Source of the DNA: an uncultured delta proteobacterium
GTDB taxonomy: Bacteria; Myxococcota_A; Polyangia; Fen-1088
Assembly (NCBI GenBank): GCA_963767925.1
Contig: CAVYGB010000008.1
Location: 1,280,001-1,344,000, forward strand
Reading direction: 5' to 3'
Length of the DNA: 64,000 nucleotides
Part shown: piece after piece, positions 1-8,872 of the stretch
Position numbering within the stretch: the first letter of the stretch is position 1
Layout: each line of letters opens with the position of its first letter
Position numbers and translations under genes: made by a program
Notes under the pieces: model-generated
Told to the model about the DNA's origin: nothing
Databases searched by the model: none
The model's input: only the letters and a program-made list of their open reading frames with translations

Positions 1-1
1 C

Positions 2-1063
2 ACCATCCGCCGGGGCGGCGTGGCCGTCGTCGTCGAGGGGAACTTCGACGTGCTGAGCCTGCACGAGGCCGACGTGCGCGAGGCGGTGGCGCCCATGGGC
101 ACGGCGCTGTCGCCCGAGCACATCGCCCAGCTCGGTCGAATGGCCGATCGCGTCGTGGTGATCTTCGACGGCGACGAAGCCGGCCAGCGGGCGGCGCGCA
201 AAGCGGTCCCCCTGTTCGTTGAAGCAAACGTGGATGGCCGCATCGCCCGCCTACCGGGAGGCGTCGATCCCGACGACTTCGTGCGTCGGGAAGGGACCGC
301 CGCCTTCCGAAAACTCGTGGATGGCGCACGGCCCGTCGTCGAACAGCTCATCGATGACCTGGCCCGTGCCACGGAGGCCACTATTCCGGACCGAATGAAG
401 GCGTTGGAAGAGGTCGCCCCCGTGGTGGCGCAGGTTCGGGACCAGACCGCGCGGGAACTTTACGTGGGTCGTCTCGCAAGCACGTTCGCCGTCAGCCCGC
501 AGCAGGTGTGGCGCGTCGTTCGCGGCGCGGGATCCGCTGCCGACGGGCGGCGCACGACGGCTCGACCGGGCGACGCGGTTGCTCCAGAGGCGCCCCCTCC
601 GACCCCCCGGCGGGATCTCCCCCGCGACGAGCTGGAGGCGCTGGTGCTGCTGGCCTCCAAGCCCGAGCTGGCGCGACTGCCGGCCGCGCGGCGGGTTGAA
701 GAGCTCCTGATCGACCCCGGTCTGAAGCGGATGGCCCGGACTGCCCTCGAGCAAATGGCCGAGGGAGGGCGGCTCGAGATCGCCACCTGGCTCGACAGTG
801 GTCCCGATGACGTGCGCGATGCCGTGTCCTCGGCCATGATGGATGGCCGCTTCGAAGGCCTCCGGGACGACGAACGGACTCTGCGCTCCCTGATTCTGCG
901 CCTCGAGCGGGCTCGACTCGAAGCGGAGATAGCTGCCACGAAGACCGCCCTGGACAAGGCCCAGCAAAGTGGGGATGAGGCCGCGGTGCGGGCGATGTCG
1001 TTGAAAGAGATCGAGTTGATTCGAACCAAGCTGGGACTGTCCCAGGCGCTGGCGAGGCCGTAA
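2..1063 (+). CDS. dnaG: DNA primase, C-terminal part (5' truncated by window edge)
   Basis: TOPRIM motifs VVEGNFDV, AVAPMGTAL, FDGDEAGQRAA, DPDDFVR; lies immediately upstream of rpoD. Confidence 0.95.
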   Translation, partial: TIRRGGVAVVVEGNFDVLSLHEADVREAVAPMGTALSPEHIAQLGRMADRVVVIFDGDEAGQRAARKAVPLFVEANVDGRIARLPGGVDPDDFVRREGTAAFRKLVDGARPVVEQLIDDLARATEATIPDRMKALEEVAPVVAQVRDQTARELYVGRLASTFAVSPQQVWRVVRGAGSAADGRRTTARPGDAVAPEAPPPTPRRDLPRDELEALVLLASKPELARLPAARRVEELLIDPGLKRMARTALEQMAEGGRLEIATWLDSGPDDVRDAVSSAMMDGRFEGLRDDERTLRSLILRLERARLEAEIAATKTALDKAQQSGDEAAVRAMSLKEIELIRTKLGLSQALARP

Positions 1064-1067
1064 GACG

Positions 1068-2952
<1,885 letters not shown>

Positions 2953-3014
2953 AAGACAGGCGGCGGGCGGAGCGGGGCGGCCCGGGACAGCAGCAGCGAG
3001 AGCAACGACGGGCG

Positions 3015-3521
3015 ATGGCGCGTTATTCCGTCACCGTGGGGGGTGAGAAGCGGACCGTCGAGCTCGAAGAGCGCGACGGCCAGCTCACCGTCACAGTGGC
3101 GGGCGAGCGGAAGACCATCGAGGTCCGCTCGGCCGGCCCGGGGCGCTATGCCTGGATCGACGGGACCCGGGTGGTGAACAGCGAGGTGGAGAAGGCCGGC
3201 GACAAGCTGGCCGTCACCCTGCGCGGCGAGACGGTCACCGTCGAGGTAGCCGACGCCCGCGTTGAAACGCTGCCCCTGCTGGCCCCTGCCGTCGCCCGGA
3301 GCGCTGGCCCCACCACCCTGCGCGCGCCCATGGCGGGACGGGTGGTCAAGCTGCTGGCCCGACCCGGCGATCTGGTCCGCAGCGGCCAGGGCGTCGTCGT
3401 CATCGAGGCCATGAAGATGGAGAACGAGGTGCGGGCGCCCAGGGAGGGGAAGGTGCGCGAGCTCCGGGTGGCCGAGGGGGCCGCGGTCGACGGCGGCGAG
3501 GAGCTCGCCGTCATCGAGTGA
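3015..3521 (+). CDS. Biotin carboxyl carrier / biotin-lipoyl attachment protein
   Basis: APMAGRV...EAMKMENE biotinylation motif in the C-terminal domain. Confidence 0.9.
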   Translation: MARYSVTVGGEKRTVELEERDGQLTVTVAGERKTIEVRSAGPGRYAWIDGTRVVNSEVEKAGDKLAVTLRGETVTVEVADARVETLPLLAPAVARSAGPTTLRAPMAGRVVKLLARPGDLVRSGQGVVVIEAMKMENEVRAPREGKVRELRVAEGAAVDGGEELAVIE

Positions 3522-4512
3522 CGGTCGGTCCCGCCGATGGCCCCAGGCCAGCGGCCAGGAGCTCGCCCAGCTCGAAGATCTCGGGGGGGCCGAGGTCGGT
3601 GGTCGGGAGGCGGGGCAGCTCGATGGTGGGCAGGCCAGGATCGGCCTGCAGCCGGGCCAGGACGGTCTCGGCGTCGAGGCGCCACTCCCGCAGCAGGCGG
3701 GCGCCGCTCAGCGTGCTGGCCAGGGGCCGGTCCGCGATGGTGGCCGAGGCGGGCAACGCGTCCAGCAAACCGGCCAGGGCCGGGTCCGCGAACAGGGGGG
3801 AGGGGACGGCGTTGATCACCAGCGGCCCGAGCGGCATGCCGAGCAGCTCGCGCACCTGCCGGGCCAGCACCGAGGTCTCGCGGGCGGGCAGGTCCTCGGC
3901 CAGCGTGACGATCAGGAAGGCCGCCCGGGCCGGATCGGTGAACATCGCCCGCATGGCCGCGGCGTCCCGGGCCAGCGGTCCCTTGGGCACGGCGTCCAGG
4001 ATGGCCTGGGGGATGCTGAGCATCCGCACGGCGTGGCCCGAGGCCGGCCCGTCGATGATCACCAGGTCGTAGCGGGCCTGGCTGGCCTCGGTGGTGTGCC
4101 ACCAGGCCTTGCCCAGCATGGCGTAGGCGTCCAGCCCGGGGATGGCGCCGAGGAATCCCCGCGTGGCCCGGTTCTCGAACAGCGCCCGGTACAGCGCCTC
4201 GTAGCGCAGCACCATGATCGCGTATTCGTGCAGGGCACTCTTGGGGGTCATGTTGACCGCGTCGAGCCCCTCTCCGACCGAGACGATGGCCGGGCCTACC
4301 GGCACCTTCGACCCCAGCATGCGGGTCAGCCGCTCGGGGGAGTCCATCTGGGCCAGCAGAACGCGCCGTCCCCGCCGGGTGGCCGCTCGCGCCAGGGCCG
4401 CCGAGACGGTGGTGCGGCCGACGCCACCTTTGCCTGCCACCACGATGAAGGAGCGATCGAGCAGGCTGGGCGCTCGGCTGTGGCCGTCGCCGGCCAGGTT
4501 GGGGTTTGACAC
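3511..4512 (-). CDS. ArsA/Get3-like anion-transporting ATPase family protein
   Basis: VAGKGGVGRTT, IPGLD, YDLVIIDGPASGH, VTLAEDLPARET; GTG start inferred. Confidence 0.8.
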   Translation of the reverse strand: MSNPNLAGDGHSRAPSLLDRSFIVVAGKGGVGRTTVSAALARAATRRGRRVLLAQMDSPERLTRMLGSKVPVGPAIVSVGEGLDAVNMTPKSALHEYAIMVLRYEALYRALFENRATRGFLGAIPGLDAYAMLGKAWWHTTEASQARYDLVIIDGPASGHAVRMLSIPQAILDAVPKGPLARDAAAMRAMFTDPARAAFLIVTLAEDLPARETSVLARQVRELLGMPLGPLVINAVPSPLFADPALAGLLDALPASATIADRPLASTLSGARLLREWRLDAETVLARLQADPGLPTIELPRLPTTDLGPPEIFELGELLAAGLGPSAGPTVTR

Positions 4513-4593
4513 GTCTTCGTTCAGGAGGCGGGGGTGTTCGAGCCGAGCAACCCGTACGGCAGGCCGAGGACCATTGCCCCTATACTGCCTCGG

Positions 4594-5814
4594 ATGACTG
4601 CCAAGATCGACCCGCCGCCGCCGCCGGCCGCCGCCGGAGACAGCCGCGCGCAGGTGGTGCTGCGCCGCGGGCGAGCTCGCCCCCTCTGGTTCGGTCACCC
4701 CTGGGTGTACGGCAACGCCGTCGATCGGCTCGACGGCTCCGCCGAACCGGGGGACATCGTGGGCGTCACCGACCACGATCGCCGGTTCATCGGGCGTGGC
4801 ATCTGGAATCCACGGTCGCAGATCCCCGTCCGCTTGCTCACCAGGACCGACGAGCCCGTGGATCGCGCCTTCTTCCAGACCCGCTTCGAGCAGGCCCGCG
4901 CCCGGCGGACCCGGGTGGGTCTGCCCGCCGAGGCGACCACCGCCTACCGGCTGATCAACAGCGAAGGTGACGACCTGCCCGGGCTGGTCGTCGACGTGTT
5001 CGGCGAGACCGCCGTCGTGCAGGTGACCACCCTGGGCCTGGCGATGCGCCGCGAGCTCCTGTTCGAGGTGCTGGGGGAGGTCCTGGCCCCCGAGACAATC
5101 TTCGAGGTGGCGGCCGCCAGCTACGCGGAGGTGGAGGGCTTTCAGGCGCAGTCCCGGGTGGTCCGGGGTCGGGGAGCCAGCAACGTCCCCTGCCGCGAGG
5201 ACGGCCTGACCCTCGAGGCCGAGCCGCTCGTCGGACAGAAGACCGGTATGTTCCTCGACCAGCGTCCCAACCGCATCCGGGTGGGCCAGCTCGCCCGGGG
5301 GGCCCGGGTGCTGGACGCCTACTCCTACGCCGGTGGCTTCGCCCTGCAGGCCGCCCGGGGTGGCGCGGACGAGGTCATCGCCGTCGACAGCTCGGCCCGG
5401 GCGGTGGCTCGCATCGAGGCCCACGCTGCCGCCAACCGCCTGTCGGTGCGGGCGGTGGAGGCCGACGTGTTCCGCTTCCTCGAGACAGCCACCCCCCGCT
5501 CCTTCGACCTGGTGGTGCTCGATCCGCCCAAGTTCGCCCGCGCCCGCAAGGACCTCGACGCCGCCCGCAAGGGCTACGAACGCCTCAACGCCCTGGCCCT
5601 CAACGCCTGCGCGCCGGGGGCCGTCCTCGTAACCTGCTCTTGCTCGCAGAACGTGAGCGCCACCGACTTCGAGCGCATCGTGGCCGCCGGGGCCAAGCAG
5701 GCCGGGCGCGCCGTGCGCATCCTGGAGCGGGCCGGACCGGGCGCCGACCACCCCTTGCCCCCTGGCTTCGAGGAGGGGCAATACCTCAAGGTGCTCTTCA
5801 CCCACGTCGAGTGA
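4594..5814 (+). CDS. rlmI: 23S rRNA m5C1962-type SAM-dependent methyltransferase (RlmI/K family)
   Basis: GHPWVY (PUA), NSEGDDLPGLVVD, GQKTGMFLDQRPNR, YSYAGGF, DPPKF, TCSCS, DHP..YLK. Confidence 0.85.
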   Translation: MTAKIDPPPPPAAAGDSRAQVVLRRGRARPLWFGHPWVYGNAVDRLDGSAEPGDIVGVTDHDRRFIGRGIWNPRSQIPVRLLTRTDEPVDRAFFQTRFEQARARRTRVGLPAEATTAYRLINSEGDDLPGLVVDVFGETAVVQVTTLGLAMRRELLFEVLGEVLAPETIFEVAAASYAEVEGFQAQSRVVRGRGASNVPCREDGLTLEAEPLVGQKTGMFLDQRPNRIRVGQLARGARVLDAYSYAGGFALQAARGGADEVIAVDSSARAVARIEAHAAANRLSVRAVEADVFRFLETATPRSFDLVVLDPPKFARARKDLDAARKGYERLNALALNACAPGAVLVTCSCSQNVSATDFERIVAAGAKQAGRAVRILERAGPGADHPLPPGFEEGQYLKVLFTHVE

Positions 5815-5833
5815 GGGGGCGCTGGGCGGGCTA

Positions 5834-6205
5834 CTAGGGACCGGGCGTGACGTCGGTGGGGGCGGCGTGCTGGGTCACGACGTAATAGACGAGCATCGCC
5901 AGGATCATCAGCAGCGAGGCCCACTCGAAGGGCAGGCGCCCGAACAGCAGGCGCCGGCGGCCGAAGAAGCGTCCCCGCGAACGGTCGCGGATCTGCGCTT
6001 CGATCCCGGCCAGGAAGCGGTGGGGGGCCTTCTCCCGCAGGCCCCCGAGCCGGCCCAGGGTGCTGCGGAAGACGGCGAGCTGCTTCCGGCAGGGCCCGCA
6101 GGTGGCCAGGTGCTCCTCGAGCGTCCGCCGGACGGGCTCGGGCAGGTCTCCCTCGATGTAAGACGAGAACTGCTCCTCGAAGGCGGCGTGGCCGGGGGCG
6201 CTCAC
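5834..6205 (-). CDS. zf-HC2 (ZAS) membrane anti-sigma factor
   Basis: H..SSYIEGDL..HLATCGPC motif, C-terminal TM helix; GTG start overlaps the ECF stop codon. Confidence 0.8.
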   Translation of the reverse strand: MSAPGHAAFEEQFSSYIEGDLPEPVRRTLEEHLATCGPCRKQLAVFRSTLGRLGGLREKAPHRFLAGIEAQIRDRSRGRFFGRRRLLFGRLPFEWASLLMILAMLVYYVVTQHAAPTDVTPGP

Positions 6206-6780
6206 GGCTCGGCTCCCAGCCATTGCTTGAGCAGCAGGCGCGCCCGGTGCAACCGGGACTTCACCGTTCCTTCGGGCAGACCGGTCACCTCGCAGATCTC
6301 CTCGTACGACAGCTCCTCCACGTCGCGCAGGATGACGACCAGTCGCTGGTCCTCCTCCAGCGCGGCGATGGCCCGCTCGAGCGCGCTGCCGCGCTCGGCC
6401 GCCTCCAGGGCGGCGTCGGGGGTGCGCACATGTCCGTGGACCGAGTTCTTGCCGAGGTCGGCCATGGCCGCCTCGGGCGCCGCCTCCAGCCCGCCGCTGT
6501 CGCCGGCGCGGCGAGCCAGGTACTTGATCCGGTTCTTGGCATGGTTGGCGGCGATCCGGAGCAGCCAGGTGGACAGCTTGGCCTCCCCCCGGAAGGTCTC
6601 GATGCTCTTGAACACCGTGACGAACACCTCCTGGGCGATGTCCTCGGCTTCCGCACGATCGCCCACCAGGCGCAGGACCAGGCTGAACACCCGGTCGCCG
6701 AACTGGATGACCAGCTCCTCGAAGGCCCGCTCCTCGCGCGCGCGCAGGCGCGCCACGAAGAGCCGCTCGGCCAGGCTCAT
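6202..6780 (-). CDS. ECF sigma factor
   Basis: AEDIAQEVF, STWLLRIAANHAKN, LSYEEICEVTGLPEGTVKSRLHRAR. Confidence 0.92.
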   Translation of the reverse strand: MSLAERLFVARLRAREERAFEELVIQFGDRVFSLVLRLVGDRAEAEDIAQEVFVTVFKSIETFRGEAKLSTWLLRIAANHAKNRIKYLARRAGDSGGLEAAPEAAMADLGKNSVHGHVRTPDAALEAAERGSALERAIAALEEDQRLVVILRDVEELSYEEICEVTGLPEGTVKSRLHRARLLLKQWLGAEP

Positions 6781-6902
6781 CGGGTCAACGACGCGGGCGC
6801 CCGGGGCGGCTCGAGCCAGGGCGTGGGCGCGGCGCGCGAGCGAGGCCAACACATCCGTTCAGACAACTTCGCGGGGCTGCAGGTTCCCGGGACCGTCCTG
6901 GC

Positions 6903-7802
6903 TCACGGCGACGGCACGAAGAGACGACCAGCCACCCCCACGATGACCTCCCGGCTCGGCCCCTGAAGGTCGCTGCGGGCGCCGATGTCCAGGGCCCCCA
7001 CCTCGGAGAGCGCCGAGATTCCGGCCGACAGGAAGGAGCGCTCGCGGACGCCTCCCCGGCCGCCACCCGCGCGCACGGCGAAGTTGGTCCCGATCGTGTA
7101 TTCCACGCCTCCGAACACGCTCAGGGTGCGGCCGCCGGCCGGCTCCGACGTGTGAAAATCGACGAGGCCGTCGACCGCCAGCACGAGCGCCTCGACCGGG
7201 GTGACGGCGATGCCCCCGCCCAGGGAACGGGGCGCCTGTCCGTCTTCGAGATCGCGAAGGCCGTAGCCGACGAGGCCGATGGTGACGGGCCGGGCTGGCC
7301 GTATGGTTATCCCGGCGTCGAAGGTGAACCCGTTGGTGCGGTCGGCGGGAAGGGGAGGGACGGCGCTGGCGTCCCGCCGGGCCCGCAGGTAGCGCACGGT
7401 TCCGCCCAGGCTGACCCGATCCCCGAAGGGGACGGAGAGGGCCACCCCGGCCTCGTGCCGGCCGCTGCCCGGGCCGGCCGCGGGCGAGGCGGTCGAATAG
7501 GTGTAGTAGAGACCTCCGCCGATGTTGAACCCCGAGGTGGAATCCACGATGGAGATGTGGCCGAGGTGGCCTTGCTCCCGGTCGAGGTACTGGTACGAGC
7601 TCTCCACCACGTAGCTGCGCGAGAGCGACATTCCCGAGGGGTTCAACATGATGGCGCCGCCGCCGGCCGCCGCTCCCCGCAGCGAGCCGCCCATGCCGAG
7701 TGAGCGGGGAGGCGTCACCTGCAGGTCGCCAGCCCGGGCCACCCCCGGCAGGATCACCCAGCAAACCGCGATCTGGAGGACGACTCGAGCACATCTGATC
7801 AT
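6903..7802 (-). CDS. Putative outer-membrane beta-barrel protein
   Basis: Signal peptide ending ARA, RSLGMGG..NPSGM N-terminal motif (FadL/PorV-like), alternating amphipathic strands. Confidence 0.6.
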   Translation of the reverse strand: MIRCARVVLQIAVCWVILPGVARAGDLQVTPPRSLGMGGSLRGAAAGGGAIMLNPSGMSLSRSYVVESSYQYLDREQGHLGHISIVDSTSGFNIGGGLYYTYSTASPAAGPGSGRHEAGVALSVPFGDRVSLGGTVRYLRARRDASAVPPLPADRTNGFTFDAGITIRPARPVTIGLVGYGLRDLEDGQAPRSLGGGIAVTPVEALVLAVDGLVDFHTSEPAGGRTLSVFGGVEYTIGTNFAVRAGGGRGGVRERSFLSAGISALSEVGALDIGARSDLQGPSREVIVGVAGRLFVPSP

Positions 7803-7837
7803 GACCCAGCGAGTTTAGCGGCAGCTAGCCCGGGGCA

Positions 7838-8515
7838 CTACATCCAACCTCGTTCGGCGAGGCTGACGAATCCCTCGGCGGCGACCACGACGTGATCGAG
7901 GATGGCGATCCCGCAGAGCTCGCCGACCTCCTTGAGGCGGAGGGTGAGCTCGAGATCCTGCCGCGACGGCGAGGGGTCGCCCGAAGGGTGGTTGTGGCAC
8001 AGCAGCGCAGCGGCGGCGGCCGCGCGGATGAGCGGGCGGAACACCTCGCGCGGATGAACCTCGACCCCGGTGAGGGAGCCGCGGGCGATGCAGGCCTCGA
8101 ACAGCAGCCGGTGCCGCACGTCGAGCCCGATGACCCAGAACTCCTCGGAGGGGGCGTGGGCCAGACGGGCCTGGTAGTGGGCCCACACGTCGTGGGCGGT
8201 TCCTAGCCGCTGTCCACGTTCCGGACGGCTGCCGGCCGCCCGGCGGCCCAGCTCGATCGCGGCGCGGATCACCGAGGCCCGGGCCGTCCCGATGCCGGGC
8301 TGCCGCCGCAGCTCGGCCACCGAGGCCTGGGCGAGACCGGCCAGGCCACCGACGGTGGCGATGAGCGCTCCGGCCATGTCCACGGCGTTGAGGCCCGGTC
8401 GCCCGCTGCCGAGCAAGAGCCCAACCAGCTCGGCGTCGGAGAGGCTCTGCGGCCCCTGTGCGCTCAGCCGCTCACGCGGGCGGTCGTCCGGGATCCAGGA
8501 CAGAAGGACGCTCAT
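7838..8515 (-). CDS. radC: RadC / JAB-domain protein
   Basis: RPRERL..LSDAELVGLLLGSG, VHPREVF, HNHPSGDPSPSRQD, LDHVVV. Confidence 0.93.
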   Translation of the reverse strand: MSVLLSWIPDDRPRERLSAQGPQSLSDAELVGLLLGSGRPGLNAVDMAGALIATVGGLAGLAQASVAELRRQPGIGTARASVIRAAIELGRRAAGSRPERGQRLGTAHDVWAHYQARLAHAPSEEFWVIGLDVRHRLLFEACIARGSLTGVEVHPREVFRPLIRAAAAAALLCHNHPSGDPSPSRQDLELTLRLKEVGELCGIAILDHVVVAAEGFVSLAERGWM

Positions 8516-8527
8516 GCGCCTCACTCA

Positions 8528-8543
8528 GGCATGACGCGTGCCA
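8528..8543 (-). promoter_or_regulatory. sigma54 (-24/-12) promoter upstream of radC
   Basis: Minus strand TGGCACGCGTCATGCC: GG-N10-GC spacing with TGGCACG core. Confidence 0.6.
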
Positions 8544-8697
8544 CGGCCAAGGGACAGACAAGGGCAAACGGCAAACGGCACGCCGAACGCCGCAAGCGAG
8601 TAGGGTGTATCGAGTGCAAGCGCACGTACTAGCCAGACGCGTCGGTTGTTTTCGCGCTGAATAGTCTTTGCACCGGCGAAGGTTGTGCTAACTTCGT

Positions 8698-8872
8698 GGG
8701 AAGCGCTCCCCTCTTTGCGGGTACCTGAATCCCTGCGGAGTGTTTCCTCGGTCGGAATGGTTCGCGACCGAGCCGGATTTCGAGGGTTGGACGGCGCCGC
8801 TAGAGCCGTCGTCTACCCCGACCACGCAAATTTTCCAGGAGTATTTTACTGAGTACCGACACACGCTGGAAA
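8698..8872 (+). promoter_or_regulatory. Candidate structured 5' leader of recQ
   Basis: Nested inverted repeats: ctcggtcg/cgaccgag, gacggc/gccgtc, tttgcgggt/accacgcaaa, tttccag/ctggaaa overlapping the AGGAG SD. Confidence 0.4.

Noticed and set aside
7838..8515. radC/JAB as part of a defence system or mobile element
   Set aside because: Full-length chromosomal-type RadC with the N-terminal HhH region, and no E1/E2, CBASS or mobile genes nearby.
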